Counted from the stretch's first letter, positions 50,706 through 63,638 are shown. The stretch: DNA of 64,000 nt from Lingula anatina (GCA_051362555.1 CM120643.1:29702848-29766847); one strand, 5' to 3'. A program made the numbers and translations. Notes: generated from the letters alone by a model not told the origin.

Positions 50706-52088
50706 ATGGCATACCCATCGTCTTTATTAAGGTCAAGAAGCATTGTCATTACTGGACTGCCTGATCAAATTACAGATTCTGAATTGAAAGACTTTTTAAA
50801 ATTCCATCTGGTATCAGAGTTTACAATAGAATACATCCATAGACCTGACACAATATTGGGTGCAATATTTGTAGTATTTGAAGATGCCGCTTTAGCGACA
50901 GAAGCCATTGATATTCTTGATAAAAGAAAATATGATGGTCAAACAGTTGACGTGAAGAAAATAAACAAAAGTATGGAAAGGGATATACTGGATGCACTAG
51001 AAACTAAAGAATCAAAACTGTCCGAAGTGATAGGTATGATTAAGTCGTTACCAGCTGATGATATTGTGAAAGTTTACGAGGAAGTAAAAAGTTTGTTGCC
51101 CAAATCATCAAAACCAAAGTTTCCAGTAAATAGTACCCCAAAAAGGACCCCAATTTTTAGAATACAAAAAGGCAGCACCCCAAGAAGGTTACTACCAAAG
51201 ATCCCAACTTTTTCAACATCAGGGTCAGAACTCGTTTCATATACGCATCCGCCCCGTCTACCTCTTTTTTCCGGGGATTCCAAGGATGCTAGCTTTAAGC
51301 AGTGGTTGTTTGAAGTCAAAGCTCTTCGACGTGACGGTATTTATTCCGATGCCGTTTTATTACATGCAATCAGAAGGTCACTCAAAAGTCCTGCGTCTGA
51401 TGTTTTATATCACCTTGGTGATGTAAAGGAAATTGACCGAGTTTTGGAGAAATTTGAACAGGTGTTTGGTGATGTGTTGTCATCAGGGGCAATATTACAG
51501 CAATTTCATTCTTCTAAACAGCATGATTCTGAGAGTATTGCAGCATGGGCCTGTAGACTGGAAAGTTTAGTTGCGCAATTACTCTCCATCAATCCACCGG
51601 CAGTAACAGACACTGGTGCAAAGTCCATGTTGCGTTTGAAATTTTATTCCGGGCTTAATTCTAACACTACCAGGCATCTATTAAAAAATAAATTTGATGG
51701 TGGTGCCACATTCGAAGAATTACTGGTGGAAGGAAGAACAATAGAGATGGAAGAAAAAGAAAGATTTCATCTCGATGCAGCTGTATCTGACATGCAGTCT
51801 GGTGGCTTAATGAAAGCAATCGATTCTTTAAGTCGTAGGTTAAGTGGGTTGGAAACCAGTATAGGACGGCGTAATCGAGAGTACTCAGCCAGTAGAAATG
51901 GTACTGGTACTGCTCGAGGGGCCACTGGAAATGATTCCAGTCGGAGATCTTTTTCTGGTGAGTGTTGGAAGTGTGGAATGATTGGTCATAGGCAGTCGGA
52001 GTGTCCAACTTTAAACTTAAACCAGTCTGTGAGAGGGGGCACTCAGCAGACGCTCAACCCAAACGCCCCAAACTACAATCATCAGTAG
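50706..52088 (+). CDS. gag: Gag with N-terminal RRM-like domain, PNMA-type capsid and CCHC zinc knuckle
   Basis: First ATG at 50706. RNP2-like SIVITGLP and RNP1-like AIFVVFED. Capsid region LPLFSG..SFKQW..AIRRSLKSPA and FHSSKQ..ESIAAWACRLE. Knuckle CWKCGMIGHRQSEC. Confidence 0.92.
   Translation: MAYPSSLLRSRSIVITGLPDQITDSELKDFLKFHLVSEFTIEYIHRPDTILGAIFVVFEDAALATEAIDILDKRKYDGQTVDVKKINKSMERDILDALETKESKLSEVIGMIKSLPADDIVKVYEEVKSLLPKSSKPKFPVNSTPKRTPIFRIQKGSTPRRLLPKIPTFSTSGSELVSYTHPPRLPLFSGDSKDASFKQWLFEVKALRRDGIYSDAVLLHAIRRSLKSPASDVLYHLGDVKEIDRVLEKFEQVFGDVLSSGAILQQFHSSKQHDSESIAAWACRLESLVAQLLSINPPAVTDTGAKSMLRLKFYSGLNSNTTRHLLKNKFDGGATFEELLVEGRTIEMEEKERFHLDAAVSDMQSGGLMKAIDSLSRRLSGLETSIGRRNREYSASRNGTGTARGATGNDSSRRSFSGECWKCGMIGHRQSECPTLNLNQSVRGGTQQTLNPNAPNYNHQ
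52010..52069 (+). promoter_or_regulatory. -1 programmed ribosomal frameshift signal (T TTA AAC + stem-loop/pseudoknot)
   Basis: The heptamer at 52010-52016 is in the gag frame, and pol is in the -1 frame. GTCTGTGAG (52025-52033) pairs with CTCA-G-CAGAC (52042-52051). The loop GGGGC can pair with GCCCC (52065-52069). Confidence 0.8.
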
Positions 52089-55000
52089 TTAAGCGATTGG
52101 TTGGTAATTCTAATGAATGTATGACAGTTTTTCATGGTAGGGAATTAAGGGCGTTAGTGGATACGGGATCAGTGGTGAGTACTATCTCTGCTTCATGTGC
52201 AAAATCGTGTGGCTTGGAAATAAACCCCCTTGAAAGTGTGTTGGGTTTTCAAGTAGCCGGAGGTCATAACCTTTCATATTTGGGCTACGTCGAGGCTTCT
52301 CTTTCCATTCCCCATGTAGATAGGTTAGAATCCGATGTGTTTCTATTTTTGGTTGTACCCAATACAGAATATCATACAAGAACACCCTTGCTCTTGGGAA
52401 CAAATATTTTATCACTTTTTATTGACACACAGGGTGTTAATGAAAACGACCTGCCCTATGCATTGAAACTTGCGCGTGAGTGTATGGTTAAACAACAAAG
52501 GGCACCTGATCATGATGGTGTTGTTGGGAATGTGAGGATCACAAAACCCATCACAGTTCGACAAGGTGAAAAAATGTTGATAAATGGCACATCTAACATT
52601 TCTACAAATCAACAAATGTTAGTGTTGGCAGAAGAAAATCTCCATTCCTTTTTACCTGGAGGGTTGTTGCTATCTCCTAGCATTCATATGATACAGCCTT
52701 GTTCCTCTCCTTATGACATCTCTGTGGAAATTTCAAATTTCTCTTGCCATAGCATTACCATTCCTGGTGGTTCGACAATTTGCAACTTATCTCAAGTTTC
52801 CATTGTACCTCCTGAATCAACCATTGGAAATGTGGATAATCATGATGATTTTACATGTCAGTTTGATGATATGCTTCAGGAAAATTTAAGTCCAGCACAG
52901 GTTTCTGAAGTGAAACATCTGTTGTCTAGGTATAAAACCTCCTTTGCTATTCATGACTTGGATTTGGGAAAGTGTACTACTGTCAAGCATAAAATCAATT
53001 TAGTTGATGAGATACCTTTCAAGTCCAAACACTGCCACATCCCTCCATCAATGTTTTCTGAGGTGAGAAATCATCTGAATGAAATGCTTCGACTTGGTGT
53101 CATTCGCAAGTCATCTAGTCCATATTCATCAGGTGTCGTTCTTGTACGAAAGAAAGATGGTTCTCTGCGCTTCTGCATTGATCTCAGGAAACTCAATGCT
53201 AAAACCATCAAAGATGCATATGCTTTACCCCGCATTGATGAAACCTTGGATATTCTTCATGGTTCTTCGTGGTACAGTTGCCTTGATTTAAAATCTGCAT
53301 ATTGGCAGGTAGAAATAGAAGAATCTGACATTCCAAAAACGGCTTTTTCCGTTGGACCGTTGGGTTTTTATGAATGTGTTAGGATGCCATATGGGTGTAC
53401 CAATGCACCAGCGACTTTTCAGCGTCTTCTAGAGTCGTGCATGGGTGATTTGAATCTAGAGCATTGTCTCATTTATCTTGACGACATTATTGTATTTAGC
53501 AAAACATACGAAGAGCACATAGTTAAATTGGAAAATGTTTTGTCAAGATTGCGTGATCATGGTCTCAAGTTGAAACCCAGCAAGTGCAAGCTTTTCCAGC
53601 GCAAGATCAATTATCTTGGCCATGTTGTGTCTTCCAAAGGTATTGAGACAGATCCCAAGAAACTTGAGGCTGTAAAAAATTGGCCAGTGCCAAAATCTGT
53701 TCAAGATATTATGTCCTTTATAGGTTTTGTTGGGTACTATAGGCGTTTTATCAAGGGGTTTAGTGAAATTGCCAAACCATTACATGACCTCACAAAAGGT
53801 AAAGTGAGTAAAACATCTAGAAAGAGTAGAAAGTCAACTGAAACATTCGTGTGGCAAGCAGAGCATGAAGAAGCTTTTCAGGAATTAAAAAAATGCTTGT
53901 GTACATAGTCCTATTTTAGCATTTGCAGATTTTACCCAACCTTTTGAACTAAGGACGGATGCTAGTGGAAGTGGACTTGGAGCTGTTCTCTATCAAAAAC
54001 AGAGTGGGTTGGACCGAGTTATAGCGTATGCTAGTAGAGGGTTACGTCAGTCAGAAAAAAATTACCCAGTTCATAAACTCGAGTTTTTGGCTCTGAAATG
54101 GGCGGTGACAGAAAAATTTTCTGACTATCTGTACGGGAATAGTTTTACTGTCAAGACAGACAACAATCCATTGACATACGTGTTGTCATCAGCAAAATTG
54201 GATGTTACAACTCACAGATGGGTTGCCGATCTTGCCAATTACAATTTTGATATAGTGTATGTAGCCGGCAAAAGTAATGTAGAAGCCGATGCGCTTTCCC
54301 GTGTTCGTTGGCCAGAGACGATATCTGAAAATACTTGTCAGGCTATTTGGCAAAGTGCTCAATCCGGGGAACCGCTGATCAGTTGTCTGCCATGTTCAGA
54401 AGAAGTGATACCCAACGAGATTTTGTCCTCAGCAGTGAATCAGAAGAAAGACTGGAAAAGATTGCAAGAAGGTGACCCAGAACTGAAGAAGGTGCGAGAT
54501 GTATTGAAAGGTCGAGCCGAAAGCATTAAAGGGAACAGTTTTGAAAGTAAAAGGTTTCGAAAAGAGATGAGTAGCTTGATCTTATCTAATGATGTTCTGT
54601 TTCGCACAAAACAAAAGAATGATGGGTCAGTTTTGAAACAGTTAGTGTTGCCAAAAGCATACCGAAAAGATGCGTTGTACGGATGCCATGATGAGATCGG
54701 ACATTTGGGCAGAGAGAGAGCTATTGATATACTCAATCAACGATTTTATTGGCCAGGTATGAGTAAACAAATGGGTGAATACATAAGTAAATGCGCTAGG
54801 TGCATTAAACGCAAAACGCTGCCTGTTGCTCGAGCAGAATTGTGCCCCATATCCTCATCTGCACCCTTAGAGCTCGTGTGCATGGACTATTTAACTATTG
54901 AAGACGGTAAAGGTGGTGTCGGCAATATTTTGGTAATTACAGACCATTTTACTAGATACGCGCAGGCCTATCCTACCGCAAACCAAACGGCAAAAACAAC

Positions 55001-55817
55001 CGCCAAAGTATTTTTTGAAAATTTTGTTGTACATTATGGGTTTCCCAACCGTATACATACTGACCAAGGACGCAATTTTGAAGGAAAGGTTATAGCGGAT
55101 TTGTGTTCCATAGCAGGTGTAAAGAAATCGAGAACAACGCCTTATCACGCTATGGGAAACGGACAATGTGAACGCATGAATAGAACCCTACTTGACATGT
55201 TAGGCACATTGTCGTTAAACCAAAAGTCAAATTGGAAAAAACACATTGCTTCTCTAGTTCATGCATACAATTGTACGCGTAACAGTTCCACGTCATTTTC
55301 ACCATACTACCTGATGTTTGGCAGGCACCCCAAGTTACCGGTTGATGTATCATTGGATGTTTGCTCAGAGACAACCGCTAAATCTCAGTCTGAGTACGTA
55401 CGGGAATTAAAAAACCGATTGCGAGAAGCTTTTAACATGGCAAAAGTTCAAATAGAGAGGGCGAAATCTAGACAAAAACAAAACTTTGACAGAAAAACAG
55501 GGGCGGGTGTTTTGTCAATAGGTGACCGTGTTTTAATTCGGAATGTCGCATTCGATGGTAAACACAAGATTGCTGATAGATGGCAGAGTGAAGTGTTTGT
55601 GGTAGTAGATCAGCCGAATGATGGTATTCCAGTGTATGTAGTGAAAAGAGAAGATGGTGCAGGAAAATCAAAGACACTACATCGAAACATGTTACTTCCC
55701 ATTTATGAAATGCAACAGGAATATGAAGAAAAACAGAATGAAGAACTTGCAGAAGTACGACCCACAAGAAGTAAGAACAGACCAGAATGGATGAATAACA
55801 AAGATTGGATATTGTAA
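52010..55817 (+). CDS. pol: Pol (protease-RT-RNase H-integrase), interrupted by a single +1 frameshift at about 53906
   Basis: LVDTGS; LRFCIDLRKLN, DLKSAYWQ, YLDD; TDAS..LGAVL, LEFLALKWAV, TDNNPL; HHCC; DDE core (CMDY, HTDQG, GQCERMN). TGTACA-T-AGTCCT breaks the expected LCT-SPILAF join. Confidence 0.93.
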
Positions 55818-55894
55818 ATAAAACGTTATGGCATAATAAATATAAATCAAAGATTGATGTTGTTGTTGTTTTTTAATGGTGTGGAACCCATTTC

Positions 55895-55909
55895 GGGGGG
55901 AGGGGAGAA
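55895..55909 (+). promoter_or_regulatory. Polypurine tract
   Basis: GGGGGGAGGGGAGAA immediately before the 3' LTR. Confidence 0.92.
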
Positions 55910-56371
55910 TGTAAGGTTTGCTGTGTTTGTTGTGTTAGCTATGATTGTGTTCGGTGTGTATCGTGTATGTTCGTATGTGTACGTGGAGGTCAAGGGTTGA
56001 AAGACCGCGCCCCATAAAATTTGATTTCCACCTGAGAGTCGGACGGAGATGCAGGTTGAATAACTGAAATAGGTATTCCAGTGAGCTTGCAGGTAAGTTT
56101 AACTATATTTAAGAAAGGACCAATCCATAGTTTAAATTCATACATTTCTAAATTTATATATTTATTTTTATGGTGTTTTTGGCATTGTTATATTTGTATT
56201 TCTTTGTTCTGTCTTTCTTGTCTTTCGTCAGTGTAAATTTTGTTAATGTAATTGTTTAAAATTAATTTGTTTATATTAATCTTGCAGATATTTGGAGATA
56301 TTTGGAGATATTTGCAGATATTTGTACAATAACAATAAAGAAACATCAACCCGAGCTATCGGTCTGTTACA
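55910..56371 (+). repeat. 3' LTR (462 bp)
   Basis: Copy of 48978-49439. Confidence 0.97.
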
Positions 56372-58085
56372 AAGATATGTGTTGATTTTTTTCAAGAGGT
56401 GTAAATAATGTAGAACTCATAGGTAGTTGTTGATATATATCAATACCAAGCAAGAAAATCTTATCATAATGCTGTTTTAAAGCATCTGCTTACCTCAAAA
56501 CCATAGCACTTATTTTAATAATAAGTTTATTGAGCACTAAATGATATGAATACATTTGTAGGCTATCTAGACTACATTACTTACACAATATATAAGGATA
56601 TACATTTATATATATTGCATATGTAGTATGCTAAATTACACGTGTTAATGCATGCTATGCTATAAAATCAATTAAGCAATTCACAGCATTATCAACAATT
56701 AGTGGCAGTGATGCACTAAATTACAGGTGAGCTATGTACTTTAACAGCAGTCTCTACAAATTCTGCTATTACTTTGAGACTTTTTTTCACAGGAATGATA
56801 AGGAGAATTGACAATACATGACCACTGTCCTCTAGACATTGATACATTGATTTTCAAGAGTTCATCATGCATTCGTTGCCTTTCAACAGAATATTTTAGG
56901 ATATATCAAAGAATGAAATAATTTTTTTTAAATCTTTTATTAAATGCATTTCATTTTTTGGTTTCTTATTCAGGCAATTACTTTCTTTGAACTGATTGTT
57001 ATGAGTTTATAAATACATGTATTATTATTAGAGACAATAAAATCTCGTGGAAGTGATGTATTATACCGTTATCAATAACCGAAAACATTATTTCTGGAAT
57101 AACTCTAGTTCTAATTTCATACAAATTTACATATATATGCTTATTTATTGAATTGGAAATTTGACTACAATTTTTATGACTGATACATACATGTATATAT
57201 ATATTTTTTATTTACAAGTGCCGTCTCCGCGGTTCAGCTTTATTCATTACATCGCCAATGTTTCCACTCCTACTTCACCCCGTCATTCCAGTACTATGCT
57301 AACACAATAGTGCTGACTACGAATAGCAGCCGTGATATCACAAAATTCTATGTCACCTTTAAGTACGGATTTATCATCGTTTTGACGCTTTATTTCTTTT
57401 CATGTTTTGCAAAAAATATTTGGTAAAAATGTAGGTAAATAAAATCTACTTGTATTTTTAATCGCTGCACATGTATCTCATTTTAAATTCTCTAAGTGAA
57501 CAAAAACCGCAGAGATGAGGATTCCAGGATGTGCTAATTGTTGACACTTTGTTTATTCTTTTAATATTTTGTAAAAATTCACCGGTAAATGTCGATATCC
57601 TTACTGTATCATTGCTGTACGTGCACAGTGTTTCTCATTTTAGATTTTCTAAGTGAGCAATAAAACAAGTTGGCGGGTGCACAGAAACGGAGAAGAAGAA
57701 AGCTATCAACAGTGTATAATTACTAATTATTATCGTATTTGATTTATCAACAAATACTATAACAGATCGGTTAAAATCCAAGTATTACCAATATATTTAA
57801 AAACAATTCAGGGAAAACCAAATTAGTATCCTCACCACGATGATGGGAATGTTAAAATACACGATGCGCAGGCGATCTGTCACGATAATTTTGTTGTATT
57901 GTAAGTGATAAATGTCTCAACCTAAAAAAAAAAAAAAAACACAGAGGAAACCGCGCAATCAGTTTCAAATCAATCGGCGACCTATTAGCAACAGGTTGGA
58001 TACCACAAATAGAGTCTTCAATCACCCGGAGGTATTCATTACTCCAACAAAGACCGGTGTCAAGCAACACAGAGCCCTACCATTC

Positions 58086-58250
58086 TAGGGTCCGGCGGAC
58101 CCGGTGTTTTAAAACTGAGAGTCCGGCGGACTCCCTGTTTCTAAATAACGGGTCCCGGACTCTATGTTCTGAAATGTAGAGTCCCCCTAGACACTCTATT
58201 TCAGTACGGAAAGTCCTAGGACCCTACGTTTTAATACTGAAAGTCCGCAT
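58086..58250. repeat. Array of short palindromes (RGTCC..GGACY), probable Ginger subterminal region
   Basis: GGGTCCGGCGGACCC, GAGTCCGGCGGACTC and GTCCTAGGAC; the same motif family occurs at 61704-61935. Confidence 0.6.
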
Positions 58251-58857
58251 TGAAGAGTAATAATGAAACCTCAAACTTAAAACCTGCAATTTAAATATGA
58301 CATTGAACATGATGTTAACTGATACGGAGAGAAGAATTTTACGGATTAAAGGTAAAATAGACATCATTAACCTCTATTTAAGTGTAACGCGTAGTATAAA
58401 TGTGCATTGTTCGCATTTCATAAACTTTAATTTGCAGGATTATCTTTTGTATGCAATGGAGAAAGAACATCACTTAAGAAATATAAATTTATTCAGAATA
58501 CATAAGTGCCTTTGGTGAACTTCCTGATTTTACAAAAAAGTTTATTTTATTAATCAGTATAGTAATTGTTTTTTATCCTCATTGTCTGTTGTCACCCGCA
58601 TTTCCATCATCATGCAAACTTGACAAAACATCTGTGTCAGTGCTTCGTCTAAAACGAGAAAAATATAATCCATAGTTTCACATTATAAATATATTTTTAA
58701 AGTACATGTAGATATCATATCCTTTCTTGTTGATACAATCTTGCTTCATAGTTGTCCATATAATACATAATGGAAAAAAAGTTAATTAAAAATTCAAATG
58801 TTATTGGGAGGAATGGTGTTATATTAAGAATAAAGTTGTGCTGTGTGTTATTAATAC

Positions 58858-60185
58858 TTACGCCCTTTCATTATACTTCTTTAGCAATTTGGCACTAACG
58901 GCCGTCTTGAGTGTTTTCCCGTCCTGCGTCTTAAGTCTGTACGAACTAGCATGCTTTCCTTTTCCAACCACTATATACGGGCCAATGTACCTTTCAGCAT
59001 CGTTTCCTCCTTTTCTATCAGCCCGCCTCATGTTCAACTTCAAACCTTTACATCCAATCTGATACTCCTGAAAAAGCAAATAAAATAACTATTTAAACCT
59101 AAAACAGTTAAAAATATCATATTTAATCGTGAAAGAGCATATAACCATTTTGGTATGCAAGTTAATTTAAATGATAATGAAATATATATATATATTGATA
59201 TAAATGCATGACAATAAACAAAAATAACACCACATTATGTCTTACTTCATTGCAACGTTTCCCGTCGTAGGTTTTCTTTTGCTCTGCCTGAGCTTCTTCT
59301 ATACTGGCCATAGCTGTTGGTCGTGCCTTACAATTTAATTCTTTTATGACTTCTATCCGTGGCAGCGGGTCTATTTCGTCCTCGGCTATTTGTTGCAAGT
59401 CCCTTACTTCTTCATTTGGAAGAGTTGCTTCACCAAAATGACAAAAAATTTATATGCTGTAAATGTTAGATTTTAGGAAGAGTTATTTACATAATGTTGT
59501 GATACTTTTATTTTACAAGTGCCATTTTAAGTATTATTTATCTATCTGACTTAAAACGCATGCTCACTTTCCAAACATAAGGAAATGAGGTGTCATTTTC
59601 GTGCTGGCCTGCACAGATGTGTTATAGGCAAAGTTGCATGGCCCTAGGTACATATCCCACTCTTTTGGATCTTTGCAAAATTTGGATATCATTGCCTTTA
59701 AAGTTTGGTTGTAGCTCTCTGAAATATAGAATGATACGTTTACTCTTATGCTGCCACATTGATTGCTTTATAATGTTATCGTGAGTGTAATTAAGTCGTA
59801 AAAGTATATTTATGCAATTTATTTAGAGCAAAAGAAAAGAAAATATTTATTAAAAATGTGTAAATCACCTATTAGTCCATTTGCCTGCGGGTGATAAGGG
59901 CTCGTTACCCGTCTGCTGCAGCCTGTTATTTTTGAGATCGTGTCCACCAACGTGTTGCAGAATTCTCCGCCTTGGTCAGAAACGATAATGTTAGGATAAC
60001 CAAACCTATATAATAAAAATGAACATAGTTATAGAACAAGGACTTGCTGCTTAAGGATTTCATTTAACTATGCATTTTAGATATATAAATCATACTTACA
60101 CCATCATTAAGTCTGTCAAAAATATAGCCACGTTTTCAGCCTTGTTATTTGGCAGTGCTTTTACTGAAGCGTGCTTCGTGAATAT
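58858..60185 (-). pseudogene. Ginger1/GIN-like intron-containing DDE integrase (transposase), partial
   Basis: Approximate exons: 60185-60100 (TKHASVKALPNNKAENVAIFL), 60005-59869 (FGYPNIIVSDQGGEF..TSPYHPQANGLI), 59718-59568 (ESYNQTLK..WDMYL..FAYNTSVQASTKMTPHFLMFG), 59432-59246 (IEEAQAEQKKTYD), 59067-58862 (NMRRADRKGG..YIGPYIV..YRLK). Mostly GT-AG boundaries; one acceptor is degenerate and the 5' part is missing. Confidence 0.85.
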
Positions 60186-61366
60186 ATATTATAGAATAGT
60201 AGGCCCATCACCCGTGTCGCTGTCCACTACACCACCAGGTCGTTGTGCAAACCACCGCCGTTTTGTTATATTATATTTACTTGCATCAAGGGTTTGCTTT
60301 ATTATAATTCTATTATACCCAGCTTGTTAAAGCGCTTTTACTAAATATCTACTGTTCTACAGTAGGACCCTAGCGTGCCACAGAATCGTGCAAGTGCCAT
60401 GCAAGGCTTACGCAGTGTGACTCAGAGACGGTTTATTCACCCGGGCCCGGTTGCACCAACAGGGCGTAAATTTACTCGGCTACGACTGTCGTAAACCGCA
60501 ACGCCTGGCGTCCGTGCGCCAGGTTTACTCTCCCTGCTTACGCCCGTTGCACCAAGACAAAAACTGATCGTCGTAACTACGCCCGAGTAACGCTCCGTTG
60601 CGCCACTGGCCAACAATACGTGGATGGTATAATTGGGCAAATGAGGAGTTCTCAGCTGCAGTCATAATGGAATGATGACATAAATAAACACAAAAGGAGC
60701 ATTTCAGTGACGGAGAAATTCATGAGCTACATTATTCCATTTTGATTTAGAAATAAGAACGTTAAAATACGTTAACTTTGCTGTTGCCTTGGATATATAG
60801 CAATAAAATCGTAAATATATTCCGAATCAAAATATTATTATAGTATGCTATGTATGCTATTATAGTATGCTGTTGTAAATGAGAATAACGCGTTGGAGGC
60901 AGTACGTATTTCTATTAATGGATTTGAACACTTTCACATTTGTTATTGGAACATTTGAGTCTGAAAATAATAAAAAAAAGCCAGCATTGCTTTCTTTTTA
61001 TAATTTCACTATAATTTCATGACCTTTTTTTATCTATGGTTACACCGTGAGGTATCATTTAATTCAATCGAGCTTACATCTTGGAGATTGAGAAATACAA
61101 GAGACCTAATACATATTATATGAGCCTTAAAATGTTGATATTTTAAGCTTTCGTCTCTATGTTTATATATAGTAAAATATTAATGATATAAAATGTGAAT
61201 AAAATATGACCATGGTTAGTTATGGTTTGTCAAAAATTGTGAAAAGAATTAAAGACACCGTACTGCTGAGAGCCAAGGCGTGTCGACATGAGTGGTAAGA
61301 TTTAATTTGAACACATACATGTACATGTACATGGCTACACACATAATGTATTTAATAATCACTTAC

Positions 61367-61423
<57 letters not shown>

Positions 61424-61703
61424 TGTATAAAATTAGTTTTTTTAAAAACCAAGCTATACAGACGGAAGTTTTGTGTAAGAAATAAACAAAAAACAACCCA
61501 CATAATCAACGGTAACTACGATAATTGTCATCAAACTCTCTCTGTGCCAGCCTAGCCATAGTGGAAAACGAGCTACGACCGACTTACTCCACCTAACTAG
61601 CAGGCGTAAATTTACGACTAAGTTAAGACCGACGTAAACACTACTCCAGTTTGGTGCAACTGGCTTTTCTCGGGCGTAGCATTTTGCGCCCGGTTTACGC
61701 CGG

Positions 61704-61896
61704 TGTGACGGAACTCAGAGTCCGGTGTGATACAGAGTCCGGGACCGTCACATTCAGAAACCAGGGGTCCGGAGGACCCCTGGTTTCTGAATCTGACAGT
61801 CTGCTTTGAAATACAGGGTCCCTCCGGACCCTGAATAATCTTAATATAGAGTGTCCCACGGACTCTCTGTTATACCGGACCCTACTTTCCGTTACA
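61704..61896. mobile_element. Ginger-type termini (TGT...ACA) enclosing palindromic repeats
   Basis: CCGG|TGTGACGGAACTCAGAGTCCGG... and ...CCGGACCCTACTTTCCGTTACA are imperfect inverted ends. An internal hairpin of about 41 bp lies at 61752-61792. The flanks do not form a matching TSD. Confidence 0.6.
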
Positions 61897-62426
61897 GCTA
61901 CATGTATGGCGAAACAGAGAGTCCGGAAGTCCGATAATAAATGAGAATATAATGTTTTTCTGTCTTCTAGTTATATGTTATCCGTGGCTATAAGTTAAAA
62001 AAAATAAACTTAAACTTTTAAGCCGATGAATGTCTAGGTGGTTGGCACAGCGACCTCATGGACGAGTGGAACAGCGTGCAGGCACTAATGACCAATGTAA
62101 GTAAAGTAAAGGTTGTGTTTCTTGTTCGAACCCTACACCTTCTAAATTATTATTATTATTTGTTATTCCGATATTTTTTCGATATTTTTTATTTTTTCGT
62201 TACCAGTGCAATTTTACAATTTATCATAATAAATCCATCACACTTTTTCTTTAAACTCAAACTGACAAAGGAACGAATGTTACATAAAATAAGACAAATC
62301 GGCAGTGTTTCCAAAGACCTTTAACTGCTACATTAAAGTAGAAAATAGTGTTTCCAAATATGGCATAGTGTTGTCCATTAAAAAATCATCCCTGAGTGAG
62401 TGGGCGAGTGGCTGATAGGTACGTTA

Positions 62427-63608
62427 AGCCTCGGTCACAATCGGACAAAAAAGATTTAAGGACCGTACGTCCCTCACGAATTTTGGGTGCAGTGGAGGTC
62501 GTGGGGTTCGTAGAGGTAGAGGAAAATCTACCTTGCGAGGCGCCAGGGCCACGAGCTGTCCTTCAAGCAGTGATGCTAATTGCAAGGAGCGATGGCCGTG
62601 GAAATTGTACTCATTTCTTGAGTTTGTCTTGCTTCCTGTGTACGTGGCACACACTCACCACTAACGAAGGGAATGCAACGCACGGCGAAAGTAGTGCCCT
62701 TTTACGTCAGTTTTGCTTCACACTTGCCTCACACGTTTGTTATGACGTACTGACGGCATATGCCAGTTTTGCTTCCTGTTCTCCCCTTCTTTCTTCTTCC
62801 TCCTCCTTTTTTTCTGCTATTTAAGCTTCTTTCTCTTACCCTTTGGAGGCATATTAGAAACTAAATTGAGCAAAAATTTGAAAATTTTGAGAACTGTTGT
62901 ACACGTTATACAGCCGACGTTCATTGTAAAGACACGCGCGTGCGTCGTGAGCACACCTTTTATACACCAGACGTGGGGGTGACGGACGTGCGATGCATTC
63001 CCGGTGTGCTCTCGACTTTGTTCGTTAGTTGTGAGGGCGTGCGCCTTACTCAACACGCCAAGGGCACTTTGGCGTGCGTTTTGCACGTCTCACTTTCTAA
63101 CTCCGTGAGAGGGGAGCAAGTTACGTGCGTTTTGCACGTCTCACTTTCTAACTCCGTGAGAGGGGAGCAAGTTACGGTTGCCGCCTCGCTGTTCGAAAGG
63201 TGTTCGTAGAATCTTTTGAACATGTCCAACATCCACCGTACGTGCTTACAGACATGTCTGCGAACTCGATTTTTCGTAAAGCCTAGGTCCCAACTACGTT
63301 TTGGACGCACGGTTTTAAGGTTCCTTGCGACCGGCTAGGACGTAGCTAGATCGCACGTAGTGGCTGTTGATCATGTCGAAAAGTTTCTACGTGCTGTTTG
63401 CGTCCTCCAAAAGTCGCACGATGGACGTGCTCCTCACGCACGAACTCCCACATTTTCCCCATATTTTTGGCCGTAGACCACACGTAGCCGCCCGTACGTT
63501 CGGTTGGGACCTAGGCTTAAGAAGGACCTGCGTGGGACATGAGATTCTGCGTAAAATTTGGACGCAAACAGCCCGTAAGAGCCCGTACGGCCGGCTACGA
63601 CCGAGGCT
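62427..63608. mobile_element. Harbinger-like non-autonomous element, TTA TSD, with a nested relative
   Basis: TTA|AGCCTCGGTC...GACCGAGGCT|TTA. Nested TAA|AGCCTAGGTCCCAAC...GTTGGGACCTAGGCT|TAA at 63280-63517. A 51-bp tandem duplication lies at about 63073-63175. Confidence 0.75.
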
Positions 63609-63638
63609 TTAGGCTCCGGGTGTTGAGGAAGGACGTTA

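Larger units (their letters stand above)
48978..56371 (+). mobile_element. Full-length Ty3/Gypsy LTR retrotransposon (7394 bp), very recent insertion
   Basis: TG...CA LTRs, 4-bp TSD AAGA (48974-48977 / 56372-56375), PBS, PPT, gag and PR-RT-RH-IN order. Confidence 0.97.

Noticed and set aside
60443-61703. Possible TIR element starting GGGCCCGGTTGCACCAA
   Set aside because: Only one terminus is visible and there is no TSD, so boundaries cannot be supported.
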